A stretch of DNA of 64,000 bases from Eledone cirrhosa (taxonomy: Eukaryota). This document shows, one piece after another, positions 12,101-26,000 of the stretch (its first letter is position 1; each line of letters starts with the position of its first letter). Made by a program: the position numbers and the translations under genes. The stretch covers positions 295,616,001 through 295,680,000 of the forward strand of contig OZ024741.1 of NCBI GenBank assembly GCA_964016885.1, in the 5' to 3' direction. The notes under the pieces are model-generated. The model was not told where the DNA came from. It saw nothing but the letters and a program-made list of their open reading frames with translations, and made no database searches.

Positions 12101-15100
12101 TGGTGGTGGTGTTGGTAGTGGTGTTGTGGTTAGTGGAGGTGGTGTGGTGTGGTTGATGGTGGTGGTGGCGTTGGTAGAGGTGTTGTGGTTAGTGGAGGTG
12201 GTGTGGTGTGGTTGATGGTGGTGGTGTTGGTAGTGGTGTTGTGGTTAGTGGAGGTAGTGTGGTGTGGTTGATGGTGGTGGTGTTGGTAGTGGTCTTGTGG
12301 TTAGTGGATGTGGTGTGGTGTGGTTGATGGTGGTGGTGTTGGTAGTGGTGTTGTGGTTAGTGGAGGTGGTGTGGTGTGGTTGATGGTGGTGGTGTTGGTA
12401 GTGGTGTTGTGGTTAGTGGAGGTGGTGTGGTGTGGTTGATGGTGGTGGTGTTGGTAGTGTTGTTGTGGTTAGTAGAGGTGGTGTGGTGTGGTTGATGGTG
12501 GTGGTGTTGGTAGTGGTGTTGTGGTTAGTGGAGGTGGTGTGGTGTGGTTGATGGTGGTGGTGTTGGTAGTGGTCTTGTGGTTAGTGGAGGTGGTGTGGTG
12601 TGGTTGATGGTGGTGGTGTTGGTAGTAGTTTTGTGGTTAGTGGAGGTGGTGTCGTGTGGTTGATGGTGGTGGTGTTGGTAGTGGTGTTGTGGTTAGTGGA
12701 GGTGGTGTGGTGTGGTTGATGGTGGTGGTGTTGGTAGTGGTGTTGTGGTTAGTTGAGGTGGTGTGGTGTGGTTGACGGTGGTGGTGTTGGTAGTGTTGTT
12801 GTGGTTAGTGGAGGTGGTGTGGTATGGTTGCTGGTGGTGGTGTTGGTAGTGGTGTTGTGGTTAGTGGAGGTGGTGTCGTGTGGTTGATGGTGGTGGTGGT
12901 GTTGGTAGTGGTGTTGTGGTTAGTGGAGGTGGTGTGGTGTGGTTGATGGTGGTGGTGGTGTTGGTAGTGGTGTTGTGGTTAGTGGAGGTGGTGTGGTGTG
13001 GTTGATGGTGGTGGTGTTGGTAGTGGTGTTGTGGTTAGTGGAGGTGGTGTGGTGTAGTTGATGGTGGTGGTGGTGTTGGTAGTGGTGTTGTGGTTAGTGG
13101 AGGTGGTGTGCTGTGGTTGATGGTGGTGGTGTTGGTAGTGGTGTTGTGGTTAGTGGGGGTGGTGTGGTGTGGTTGATGGTGGTGGTGGCGTTGGTAGTGG
13201 TGTTGTGGTTAGTGGAGGTGGTGTGGTGTGGTTGATGGTGGTGGTGTTGGTAGTGGTGTTGTGGTTAGTGGAGGTGGTGTGGTGTGGTTGATGGTGGTGG
13301 TGGTGTTGGTAGTGGTGTTGTGGTTAGTGAAGGTGGTGTGGTGTGGTTGATGGTGGTGGTGGTGTTGGTAGTGGTGTTGTGGTTAGTGGAGGTGGTGTGG
13401 TGTGGTTGATGGTGGTGGTGGTGTTGGTAGTGGTGTTGTGGTTAGTGAAGGTGGTGTGGTGTGGTTGATGGTGGTGGTGGTGTTGGTAGTGGTGTTGTGG
13501 TTAGTGGAGGTGGTGTGGTGTGGTTGATGGTGGTGGTGTTGGTAGTGGTGTTGTGGTTAGTGGAGGTGGTGTGGTGTGGTTGATGGTGGTGGTGGTGTTG
13601 GTAGTGGTGTTGTGGTTAGTGGAGGTGGTGTCGTGTGGTTGATGGTGGTGGTGGTGTTGGTAGTGGTGTTGTGGTTAGTGGAGGTGGTGTGGTGTGGTTG
13701 ATGGTGGTGGTGGTGTTGGTAGTGGTGTTGTGGTTAGTGGAGGTGGTGTGGTGTGGTTGATGGTGGTGGTGTTGGTAGTGGTGTTGTGGTTAGTGGAGGT
13801 GGTGTGGTGTAGTTGATGGTGGTGGTGGTGTTGGTAGTGGTGTTGTGGTTAGTGGAGGTGGTGTGCTGTGGTTGATGGTGGTGGTGTTGGTAGTGGTGTT
13901 GTGGTTAGTGGGGGTGGTGTGGTGTGGTTGATGGTGGTGGTGGCGTTGGTAGTGGTGTTGTGGTTAGTGGAGGTGGTGTGGTGTGGTTGATGGTGGTGGT
14001 GGTGTTGGTAGTGGTGTTGTGGTTAGTGGAGGTGGTGTGGTGTGGTTGATGGTGGTGGTGTTGGTAGTGGTGTTGTGGTTAGTGGAGGTGGTGTGCTGTG
14101 GTTGATGGTGGTGGTGTTGGTAGTGGTGTTGTGGTTAGTGGAGGTGGTGTGGTGAGGTTGATGGTGGTGGTGGTGTTGGTAGTGGTGTTGTGGTTAGTGG
14201 AGGTTGTGTGGTGTGGTTGATGGTGGTGGTGGTGTTGGTAGTGGTGTTGTGGTTAGTGGAGGTGGTGTGGCTGATGGTGGCGGTGGTGTTGGTAGAGGTG
14301 TTGTGGTTAGTGGAGGTGGTGTGCTGTGGTTGATGGTGGTGGTGGTGTTGGTAGTGGTGTTGTGGTTAGTGGAGGTGGTGTGGTGTGGTTGATGGTGGTG
14401 GTGGCGTTGGTAGAGGTGTTGTGGTTAGTGGAGGTGGTGTGGTGTGGTTGATGGTGGTGGTGTTGGTAGTGGTGTTGTGGTTAGTGGAGGTAGTGTGGTG
14501 TGGTTGATGGTGGTGGTGTTGGTAGTGGTCTTGTGGTTAGTGGATGTGGTGTGGTGTGGTTGATGGTGGTGGTGTTGGTAGTGGTGTTGTGGTTAGTGGA
14601 GGTGGTGTGGTGTGGTTGATGGTGGTGGTGTTGGTAGTGGTGTTGTGGTTAGTGGAGGTGGTGTGGTGTGGTTGATGGTGGTGGTGTTGGTAGTGTTGTT
14701 GTGGTTAGTAGAGGTGGTGTGGTGTGGTTGATGGTGGTGGTGTTGGTAGTGGTGTTGTGGTTAGTGGAGGTGGTGTGGTGTGGTTGATGGTGGTGGTGTT
14801 GGTAGTGGTGTTGTGGTTAGTGGAGGTAGTGTGGTGTGGTTGATGGTGGTGGTGTTGGTAGTGGTCTTGTGGTTAGTGGAGGTGGTGTGGTGTGGTTGAT
14901 TGTGGTGGTGTTGGTAGTAGTTTTGTGGTTAGTGGAGGTGGTGTGGTGTGGTTGATGGTGGTGGTGTTGGTAGTGGTGTTGTGGTTAGTTGAGGTGGTGT
15001 GGTGTGGTTGATGGTGGTGGTGTTGGTAGTGTTGTTGTGGTTAGTGGAGGTGGTGTGGTGTGGTTGCTGGTGGTGGTGTTGGTAGTGGTGTTGTGGTTAG

Positions 15101-16075
15101 TGGAGGTGGTGTGGTGTGGTTGATGGTGGTGGTGTTGGTAGTGGTGTTGTGGTTAGTGGAGGTGGTGTGGTGTGGTTGATGGTGGTGGTGGTGTTGGTAG
15201 AGGTGTTGTGGTTAGTGGAGGTGGTGTGGTGTGGTTGATGGTGGTGGTGGTGTTGGTAGAGGTGTTGTGGTTAGTGAAGGTGGTGTGGTGTGGTTGATGG
15301 TGGTGGTGGTGTTGGTAGAGGTGTTGTGGTTAGTGGAGGTGGTGTGGTGTGGTTGATGGTGGTGGTGGTGTTGGTAGAGGTGTTGTGGTTAGTGAAGGTG
15401 GTGTGGTGTGGTTGATGGTGGTGGTGGTGTTGGTAGTGGTGTTGTGGTTAGTGGAGGTGGTGTGGTGTGGTTGATGGTGGTGGTGTTGGTAGTGTTGTGG
15501 TTAGTGGAGGTGGTGTGGTGTGGTTGATGGTGGTGGTGTTGGTAGTGGTGTTGTGGTTAGTGGAGGTGGTGTGGTGTGGTCGATGGTGGTGGTGGTGTTG
15601 GTAGAGGTGTTGTGGTTAGTGGAGGTGGTGTGGTGTGGTTGATGGTGGTGGTGTTGGTAGTGGTGTTGTGGTTAGTGGAGGTGGTGTGGTGTGGTTGATG
15701 GTGGTGGTGGTGTTGGTAGTGGTGTTGTGGTTAGTGGAGGTGGTGTGCTGTGGTTGATGGTGGTGGTGTTGGTAGTGGTGTTGTGGTTAGTGGAGGTGGT
15801 GTGGTGTGGTTGATGGTGGTGGTGGTGTTGGTAGTGGTGTTGTGGTTAGTGGAGGTGGTGTGGTGTGGTTGATGGTGGTGGTGGTGTTGGTAGAGGCGTT
15901 GTGGTTAGTGGAGGTGGTGTGGTTGATGGTGGTGGTGTTGGTAGTGGTGTTATGGTTAGTGGAGGTGGTGTGGTGTGGTTGATGGTGGTGGTGGTGTTGG
16001 TAGTGGTGTTGTGGTTAGTGGAGGTGGTGTGGTGTGGTTGATGGTGGTGGTGGTGTTGGTAGATGTGTTGTGGGT
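9130..16075. repeat. GT-rich minisatellite, 56/59-bp unit, roughly 120 copies
   Basis: Unit ggttgat(ggt)3-4gttggtagtggtgttgtggttagtggaggtggtgtggtgt. Confidence 0.95.
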
Positions 16076-16339
16076 TTTTTCAGTATCTGTGGTGTTGCTG
16101 CGTTTACTGTAATGAAATTTATTGTCTTTATTCAATATTTTGTTGTTTTTTAGTTTGTGAAAATGTTTGTATTAGATTCCTATTTTTCTAAATTACTTTC
16201 TATTGTAATACATAAGTGTTTGTCTGTTTAGTTTTATATTCAACAAGTAGTAATGGAGCTCTATATCCAGTGAAAAGCTAAATAGTCACTTTTAAACAAT
16301 ATTACACATTTTCAGAGTTTACCATTGGTTTCTCATGAA

Positions 16340-16497
16340 AAGGTAGCAAATTGGCAGAACCATTAGAACGGTGGTTAGAATGCTTTGATTTTGATATTTG
16401 TTTCAGCTTTCTGTTCTCTGAGTTCAAATCCCACCAAGGTCAACTTTGGCATTCATCCATTCGAGGTTGACAAAAACGTACCAGTCAAGTACTGGTC
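16340..16497 (+). mobile_element. Degenerate SINE
   Basis: ttggcagaaccatt...ctgagttcaaatcccaccaaggtcaactttggcattcatcc. Confidence 0.65.
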
Positions 16498-17260
16498 AAC
16501 TATTCATATCTAAACCTCATTTAAGGAAACATCTTCTTGTATATACTGACCTAACGTTATTGAATATTCATCTGATGCCTTCTTAACTTAATATATAAAC
16601 TTCTTAAATATACATTAAAATTTATATAATTATATGATCCAAATTGACAAGATCATAGACTTCATTTGATTACTGAATGGCACCAGATGGAACTCATCAA
16701 ATCAAACCAAGGAAACGATGTTTCCATTGGTCTTTCCATCGCGAATATTCAATAACGTTAGGTCAGTATATACAAGATGTTTCCTTAAATGAGGTTTAGA
16801 TATGAATAGTTCACAGGGGTCATTAGAGGATTAAGGTTTTTCAGTGGTACAAAGCCTGCATCTCCTGAATTGTTAATGTAGGCTTAAGATTTCTGAAGCA
16901 CCCCTAGTTTATATTATTGCATTGGTTCCTATATTTCAAGGAACATTTGCTAAAGTTGTTGAAGTTCCCTTATCAGCATTCTTGAAAGATGCAACATGAC
17001 CGTTGTGCCTTTGTTAAATATTTTCTTCAATCCAATGTAGCACGCTGGAAGTGACTTCAGCCTTATATGCAACTGACTTCATATTGTATACCTTTTATCC
17101 TTCTTTAAGCATGAACATCACAGTCTTTTTATGGTTTGGGTTTAGATGTTAAAAAGGATTTCATGTGAGGAACACAAAAGAGATGATCTTAACTGAATAT
17201 TTTACTATATTAGTTTCATGGTGGAAATGCATATTTTAATGCTTATTGAAAAATGTGGGG
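16498..17260 (-). mobile_element. Decayed Penelope-like element with terminal inverted duplication
   Basis: Minus-strand fragments translate SVAYKAEVT, YIGL, HVASFKN...STTLA and CRLCTTEK (GIY-YIG domain, frameshifted). Inverted arms 16498-16569 and 16743-16811. Confidence 0.65.
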
Positions 17261-17733
17261 AGAAATCTAGATGACTTTTTAGGGTCTGTTTGTGGATTGT
17301 TTGTGTAGTGGGTTGGGAGAGATGTCATAAATGTTGTCTTTGAAGGTGCTACACAATAGTACCAAATATGGAACCGTTTGGTTGCAAAGCAAACTTCTTA
17401 ACCACACAGCCATACCTGCTCTGCCTGATCAACATCATTAATGGAGATGTTTAATAAGCAAGGAGGCAGAGAGATGATACAATAAGACTGTTCTAATTGT
17501 CTTGGTGAAATTGATGCACACAAGGTGCATCAAAGGCAAGAGACAAAAAGGGAAATAAAAAAAAGCAATAGAACAGAAAAATAAAATAAAACAAAAATTA
17601 TTTAACTTCTTCCTCACTTGGAAATGAAAAGATCTGTGCAGACAATGTTAACAATACTGTAATTTTTGTGTGTACGTGTGTGTGTGTGTGTATCATTGCA
17701 TTATCTATCTAACTATCTAGCATCATCTATATA

Positions 17734-17784
<51 letters not shown>

Positions 17785-17923
17785 AGTATAAATAAAGTTT
17801 CAGGGTCCAGTTATGGCCACCACTGTATAGTGGAAGAGCTTCTTCAAAACTGGCCTTTCATCAGGCACTCAGACAAAAATACCAAAAAGGAAACTCCTTC
17901 AACTGACTATATTTGGTTCATTA

Positions 17924-18379
17924 TCTATATACTACTAAAAGTCTGTGATTGTGTGCTTGTCTGTAATTTAATACAGCCAAAACAGCACATAATGGGACAA
18001 TATTTTCAAAGATAGTTGCTCTGAAATGGGAATACAAATGGGATAAAACAAGTTTCACATTAAATCAGAGCACTATTCCTGAGATACAGGGTTTTTCTGG
18101 GTACCTTCATAAATAGAGAGAAAGATAAAAAAAGATAAAGAGAAAGAGATTATGATGGTTGTGAGAGAGTAAATTGAAAGAGAGACATAGAAAGAGAATA
18201 TGTACACACACACACACACACACACATACACACACACATATATATAGGCCTTCCAATTTCATTTCACATTATATACATGTCTGTGTATATTTTAATTATT
18301 GAAAAATCATTTTTAAGTGAACATGATTTTAAAAAAATATTTTTAAGTGAACATGACCCAATGGGTCACAGGTGGTCTA

Positions 18380-18380
<1 letters not shown>
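17924..18380 (+). mobile_element. Non-autonomous Helitron (457 bp)
   Basis: A|TC at the 5' end; subterminal hairpin tgaccc-aat-gggtca (18354-18368); CTAG|T at the 3' end; second copy in the window. Confidence 0.8.
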
Positions 18381-18427
<47 letters not shown>

Positions 18428-18816
18428 GGAAAAAATGAAACGAAATTTCATTTCCCACTCTTAGTACGGCTTTTACTTAAATAGAAGTATGTACACGTAC
18501 ATACATATATGTATACAGACGTACAGTAGTATGTATATATATATACATACATGCACATATATATATGTACGTATGGATTCACCGAACATTTATTATAATG
18601 CTTGGTGTGTTTGTAAACAAACATCCCGTATTAAGCCGTAGTGTCTAGCAACCATCGTTGCTCATTTGTTCAACACTGACAAAGGAACGCTGTATATATA
18701 TAATGAATAAAAATAACAAGGATTAAATTACATTAAATTATTTAATTGATTTACAAACATTTCTACAGTATAGAAGAAATATATTTTCTTACTGTATTGA
18801 TAGAAACATTTGTAAA

Positions 18817-19470
18817 TCATCATCATCGTTTAACTTTTATTTTCCATGCTAGCATGGGTAGGATGGGTTGACTCTTTGGGAGAGAATCAGGTCAGAGGAC
18901 CGTATTTCCCTCACCCAAGGTTGATTTTGGCTTGGTTTCTATAGCTGGATGCCCTTCGTAGCGCCAGCCACATTTACAGTGTGGACTGGGCATTTTACTG
19001 TGTGAACCAGGCGCTTTTTTCTTGACACATGGGGGAAGGACATTACATAGTGTGGGATGGGAACTACGGAGGGTGGGGGAGGAAGCTTGAGGAAATTGGG
19101 GGTGTAGGTAGTAGGGGAGCGATGGTTACAGCAAAGAAGGTTCGTGGGAGGGGAGATGGTAAAGGAAGGTGTTGCCTATTAGATATATGCCTCAGCTGAA
19201 GCATATGAAAGGATAGGTCTTCTCTAGTACTGCATAGCACCAGAGGTCACAGTCCTGTGTCATCACCTTGGTAAGGTGTAATTGTACAAGGTCAGCTTGT
19301 ATTACCTCATCCAAAGTCTTCCTAGGCCTGCCCATTCCATGGCTACAATCATCTTTGAGTGCTCTGCACCTTTTTATACAGCTGTCATCCTTCATACGCA
19401 TCACATGTCCATACCAATGCAATATCTTCTCCTGCATGCAACAACTGATCCCTCTAATGCCTAATTTCAT
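18817..19470 (-). mobile_element. 5'-truncated RTE-like LINE (ORF end plus 3' UTR)
   Basis: KLGIRGI.CC...LHWYGHVMRMKDDSCIKRCR..GRPRKT, the same family as 62772; ends in (GAT)n. Confidence 0.85.
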
Positions 19471-19850
19471 GCAATTTAATCCTGGTTATCTTTATTCATT
19501 TTATATATGCTTTGTGATATTGTAGAACTACTGTGATTGGAAATTTACCAATTGGATTAAACTTTAAACCTTCTTTTACCTATCTTGCTGTGGTCTATAA
19601 AATCACATTGAGCTTTGAATTATTCTTTTCCTTTATATGGTTGTTATCAACTAATCTAATCTATCTTATGTGTGTGTGTGTGCGTGTGTGTGTGCGCGTG
19701 TGTGTGTGTATTCAACAGCTATAACAATACCCCCTCATCATACAAAGCAGCTTGTATGCTGTCACAAGAAATAGCAATCGAATCTCCCTCAAATGATACC
19801 TTAATTTTGGAGAAATAGATAGGGATGTCACAGCTAAAGTGTCTTTGATC

Positions 19851-20050
19851 NNNNNNNNNNNNNNNNNNNNNNNNNNNNNNNNNNNNNNNNNNNNNNNNNN
19901 NNNNNNNNNNNNNNNNNNNNNNNNNNNNNNNNNNNNNNNNNNNNNNNNNNNNNNNNNNNNNNNNNNNNNNNNNNNNNNNNNNNNNNNNNNNNNNNNNNNN
20001 NNNNNNNNNNNNNNNNNNNNNNNNNNNNNNNNNNNNNNNNNNNNNNNNNN
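19851..20050. other. Assembly gap (200 N)
   Basis: Run of n. Confidence 1.
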
Positions 20051-23000
20051 TGGGAGACCATTGTAGTTGTAGGAGTTATTGGGAAGATGGGAGTACATTG
20101 TAGTTGTAGGAGTTATTGGGAAGATGGGAGTACATTGTAGTTGTAGGAGTTATTGGGAAGATGGGAGTACATTGTAGTTGTAGGAGTTATTGGTAGGATG
20201 GGAGTACATTGTAGTTGTAGGAGTTATTGGGAAGATGGGAGTACATTGTAGTTGTAGGAGTTATTGGTAAGATGGGAGTACATTGTAGTTGTAGGAGTTA
20301 TTGGGAAGATGGGAGACCATTGTAGTTGTAGGAGTTATTGGGAAGATGGGAGTACATTGTAGTTGTAGGAGTTATTGGAAGATGGGAGTACATTGTAGTT
20401 GTAGGAGTTATTGGGAGATGGGAGTACATTGTAGTTGTAGGAGTTATTGGGAAGATGGGAGACCATTGTAGTTGTAAGGAGTTATTGGGAAGATGGGAGT
20501 ACATTGTAGTTGTAGGAGTTATTGGTAAGATGGGAGTACATTGTAGTTGTAGGAGTTATTGGGAAGATGGGAGACCATTGTAGTTGTAGGAGTTATTGGG
20601 AAGATGGGAGTACATTGTAGTTGTAGGAGTTATTGGGAAGATGGGAGTACATTGTAGTTGTAGGAGTTATTGGGAAGATGGGAGTACATTGTAGTTGTAG
20701 GAGTTATTGGTAAGATGGGAGTACATTGTAGTTGTAGGAGTTATTGGGAAGATGGGAGTACATTGTAGTTGTAGGAGTTATTGGGAAGATGGGAGTACAT
20801 TGTAGTATTTGGAGTTATTGGGAAGATGGGAGTACATTGTAGTTGTAGGAGTTATTGGTAAGATGGGAGTACATTGTAGTTGTAGGAGTTATTGCGAAGA
20901 TGGGAGAACATTGTAGTTGTAGGAGTTATTGGTAAGATGGGAGAACATTGTAGTTGTAGGAGTTATTGGGAAGATGGGAGTACATTGTAGTTGTAGGAGT
21001 TATTGGTAGGATGGGAGTACATTGTAGTTGTAGGAGTTATTGGAAGATGGGAGTACATTGTAGTTGTAGGAGTTATTGGTAAGATGGGAGTACATTGTAG
21101 TTGTAGGAGTTATTGGTAAGATGGGAGTACATTGTAGTTGTAGGAGTTATTGGGAAGATGGGAGTACATTGTAGTTGTAGGAGTTATTGGTAGGATGGGA
21201 GTACATTGTAGTTGTAGGAGTTATTGGTAGGATGGGAGAACATTGTAGTTGTAGGAGTTATTGGGAAGATGGGAGTACATTGTAGTTGTAGGAGTTATTG
21301 GGAAGATGGGAGTACATTGTAGTTGTAGGAGTTATTGGGAAGATGGGAGTACATTGTAGTTGTAGGAGTTATTGGTAAGATGGGAGACCATTGTAGTTGT
21401 AGGAGTTATTGGTAAGATGGGAGACCATTGTAGTTGTAGGAGTTATTGGGAAGATGGGAGTACATTGTAGTTGTAGGAGTTATTGGAAGATGGGAGTACA
21501 TTGTAGTTGTAGGAGTTATTGGTAAGATGGGAGTACATTGTAGTTGTAGGAGTTATTGGGAAGATGGGAGACCATTGTAGTTGTAGGAGTTATTGGGAAG
21601 ATGGGAGTACATTGTAGTTGTAGGAGTTATTGGAAGATGGGAGTACATTGTAGTTGTAGGACTTATTGGGAAGATGGGAGAACATTGTAGTTGTAGGAGT
21701 TATTGGGAAGATGGGAGTACATTGTAGTTGTAGGAGTTATTGGGAAGATGGGAGTACATTGTAGTTGTAGGAGTTATTGGTAAGATGGGAGTACATTGTA
21801 GTTGTAGGAGTTATTGGGAAGATGGGAGTACATTGTAGTTGTAGGAGTTATTGGGAAGATGGGAGTACATTGTAGTTGTAGGAGTTATTGGTAAGATGGG
21901 AGACCATTGTAGTTGTAGGAGTTATTGGTAAGATGGGAGAACATTGTAGTTGTAGGAGTTATTGGTAAGATGGGAGTACATTGTAGTTGTAGGAGTTATT
22001 GGTAGGATGGGAGTACATTGTAGTTGTAGGAGTTATTGGTAGGATGGGAGTACATTGTAGTTGTAGGAGTTATTGGTAGGATGGGAGTACATTGTAGTTG
22101 TAGGAGTTATTGGTAGGATGGGAGTACATTGTAGTTGTAGGAGTTATTGGTAGGATGGGAGTACATTGTAGTTGTAGGAGTTATTGGTAGGATGGGAGTA
22201 CATTGTAGTTGTAGGAGTTATTGGTAGGATGGGAGTACATTGTAGTTGTAGGAGTTATTGGTAGGATGGGAGTACATTGTAGTTGTAGGAGTTATTGGTA
22301 AGATGGGAGAACATTGTAGTTGTAGGAGTTATTGGTAGGATGGGAGTACATTGTAGTTGTAGGAGTTATTGGTAAGATGGGAGTACATTGTAGTTGTAGG
22401 AGTTATTGGGAAGATGGGAGAACATTGTAGTTGTAGGAGTTATTGGTAAGATGGGAGAACATTGTAGTTGTAGGAGTTATTGGGAAGATGGGAGTACATT
22501 GTAGTTGTAGGAGTTATTGGGAAGATGGGAGTACATTGTAGTTGTAGGAGTTATTGGGAAGATGGGAGTACATTGTAGTTGTAGGAGTTATTGGTAGGAT
22601 GGGAGTACATTGTAGTTGTAGGAGTTATTGGTAAGATGGGAGTACATTGTAGTTGTAGGAGTTATTGGTAAGATGGGAGTACATTGTAGTTGTAGGAGTT
22701 ATTGCGAAGATGGGAGAACATTGTAGTTGTAGGAGTTATTGGGAAGATGGGAGTACATTGTAGTTGTAGGAGTTATTGGTAAGATGGGAGAACATTGTAG
22801 TTGTAGGAGTTATTGGGAAGATGGGAGTACATTGTAGTTGTAGGAGTTATTGGTAGGATGGGAGTACATTGTAGTTGTAGGAGTTATTGGGAAGATGGGA
22901 GTACATTGTAGTTGTAGGAGTTATTGGTAAGATGGGAGTACATTGTAGTTGTAGGAGTTATTGGTAAGATGGGAGTACATTGTAGTTGTAGGAGTTATTG

Positions 23001-26000
23001 GGAAGATGGGAGTACATTGTAGTTGTAGGAGTTATTGGTAAGATGGGAGTACATTGTAGTTGTAGGAGTTATTGCGAAGATGGGAGAACATTGTAGTTGT
23101 AGGAGTTATTGGTAAGATGGGAGAACATTGTAGTTGTAGGAGTTATTGGGAAGATGGGAGTACATTGTAGTTGTAGGAGTTATTGGTAGGATGGGAGTAC
23201 ATTGTAGTTGTAGGAGTTATTGGTAAGATGGGAGTACATTGTAGTTGTAGGAGTTATTGGGAAGATGGGAGTACATTGTAGTTGTAGGAGTTATTGGTAG
23301 GATGGGAGTACATTGTAGTTGTAGGAGTTATTGGGAAGATGGGAGTACATTGTAGTTGTAGGAGTTATTGGGAAGATGGGAGTACATTGTAGTTGTAGGA
23401 GTTATTGGGAAGATGGGAGTACATTGTAGTTGTAGGAGTTATTGGTAAGATGGGAGTACATTGTAGTTGTAGGAGTTATTGGGAAGATGGGAGTACATTG
23501 TAGTTGTAGGAGTTATTGGGAAGATGGGAGTACATTGTAGTTGTAGGAGTTATTGGGAAGATGGGAGTACATTGTAGTTGTAGGAGTTATTGGGAAGATG
23601 GGAGTACATTGTAGTTGTAGGAGTTATTGGGAAGATGGGAGTACATTGTAGTTGTAGGAGTTATTGGTAAGATGGGAGTACATTGTAGTTGTAGGAGTTA
23701 TTGGGAAGATGGGAGTACATTGTAGTTGTAGGAGTTATTGGGAAGATGGGAGTACATTGTAGTTGTAGGAGTTATTGGGAAGATGGGAGTACATTGTAGT
23801 TGTAGGAGTTATTGGGAAGATGGGAGTACATTGTAGTTGTAGGAGTTATTGGGAAGATGGGAGAACATTGTAGTTGTAGGAGTTATTGGTAAGATGGGAG
23901 AACATTGTAGTTGTAGGAGTTATTGGGAAGATGGGAGTACATTGTAGTTGTAGGAGTTATTGGGAAGATGGGAGTACATTGTAGTTGTAGGAGTTATTGG
24001 GAAGATGGGAGTACATTGTAGTTGTAGGAGTTATTGGGAAGATGGGAGTACATTGTAGTTGTAGGAGTTATTGGGAAGATGGGAGAACATTGTAGTTGTA
24101 GGAGTTATTGGTAAGATGGGAGAACATTGTAGTTGTAGGAGTTATTGGGAAGATGGGAGAACATTGTAGTTGTAGGAGTTATTGGGAAGATGGGAGTACA
24201 TTGTAGTTGTAGGAGTTATTGGGAAGATGGGAGAACATTGTAGTTGTAGGAGTTATTGGGAAGATGGGAGTACATTGTAGTTGTAGGAGTTATTGGGAAG
24301 ATGGGAGTACATTGTAGTTGTAGGAGTTATTGGGAAGATGGGAGTACATTGTAGTTGTAGGAGTTATTGGGAAGATGGGAGTACATTGTAGTTGTAGGAG
24401 TTATTGGGAAGATGGGAGTACATTGTAGTTGTAGGAGTTATTGGGAAGATGGGAGTACATTGTAGTTGTAGGAGTTATTGGTGAGATGGGAGTACATTGT
24501 AGTTGTAGGAGTTATTGGGAAGATGGGAGTACATTGTAGTATTTGGAGTTATTGGGAAGATGGGAGTACATTGTAGTTGTAGGAGTTATTGGGAAGATGG
24601 GAGTACATTGTAGTTGTAGGAGTTATTGGGAAGATGGGAGTACATTGTAGTTGTAGGAGTTATTGGGAAGATGGGAGAACATTGTAGTTGTAGGAGTTAT
24701 TGGGAAGATGGGAGAACATTGTAGTTGTAGGAGTTATTGGGAAGATGGGAGTACATTGTAGTTGTAGGAGTTATTGGGAAGATGGGAGTACATTGTAGTT
24801 GTAGGAGTTATTGGGAAGATGGGAGAACATTGTAGTTGTAGGAGTTATTGGGAAGATGGGAGTACATTGTAGTTGTAGGAGTTATTGGGAAGATGGGAGT
24901 ACATTGTAGTTGTAGGAGTTATTGGGAAGATGGGAGTACATTGTAGTTGTAGGAGTTATTGGGAAGATGGGAGTACATTGTAGTTGTAGGAGTTATTGGG
25001 AAGATGGGAGTACATTGTAGTTGTAGGAGTTATTGGGAAGATGGGAGTACATTGTAGTTGTAGGAGTTATTGGGAAGATGGGAGTACATTGTAGTTGTAG
25101 GAGTTATTGGTAGGATGGGAGTACATTGTAGTTGTAGGAGTTATTGGGAAGATGGGAGAACATTGTAGTTGTAGGAGTTATTGGGAAGATGGGAGTACAT
25201 TGTAGTTGTAGGAGTTATTGGTAGGATGGGAGTACATTGTAGTTGTAGGAGTTATTGGGAAGATGGGAGTACATTGTAGTTGTAGGAGTTATTGGTAAGA
25301 TGGGAGTACATTGTAGTTGTAGGAGTTATTGGGAAGATGGGAGTACATTGTAGTTGTAGGAGTTATTGGGAAGATGGGAGTACATTGTAGTTGTAGGAGT
25401 TATTGGGAAGATGGGAGTACATTGTAGTTGTAGGAGTTATTGGGAAGATGGGAGTACATTGTAGTTGTAGGAGTTATTGGGAAGATGGGAGTACATTGTA
25501 GTTGTAGGAGTTATTGGGAAGATGGGAGTACATTGTAGTTGTAGGAGTTATTGGGAAGATGGGAGTACATTGTAGTTGTAGGAGTTATTGGGAAGATGGG
25601 AGTACATTGTAGTTGTAGGAGTTATTGGGAAGATGGGAGTACATTGTAGTTGTAGGAGTTATTGGGAAGATGGGAGTACATTGTAGTTGTAGGAGTTATT
25701 GGGAAGATGGGAGTACATTGTAGTTGTAGGAGTTATTGGTAAGATGGGAGTACATTGTAGTTGTAGGAGTTATTGGGAAGATGGGAGTACATTGTAGTTG
25801 TAGGAGTTATTGGGAAGATGGGAGTACATTGTAGTTGTAGGAGTTATTGGGAAGATGGGAGTACATTGTAGTTGTAGGAGTTATTGGGAAGATGGGAGTA
25901 CATTGTAGTTGTAGGAGTTATTGGGAAGATGGGAGTACATTGTAGTTGTAGGAGTTATTGGGAAGATGGGAGTACATTGTAGTTGTAGGAGTTATTGGGA

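Noticed and set aside
9130-16075. Telomeric repeat or mucin-like exon
   Set aside because: No TTAGGG array; 56/59-bp units shift frame and contain stops.
17833-17870. Minus-strand CTGATGA motif
   Set aside because: Followed by GAAG rather than GAAA, and there is no stem I.
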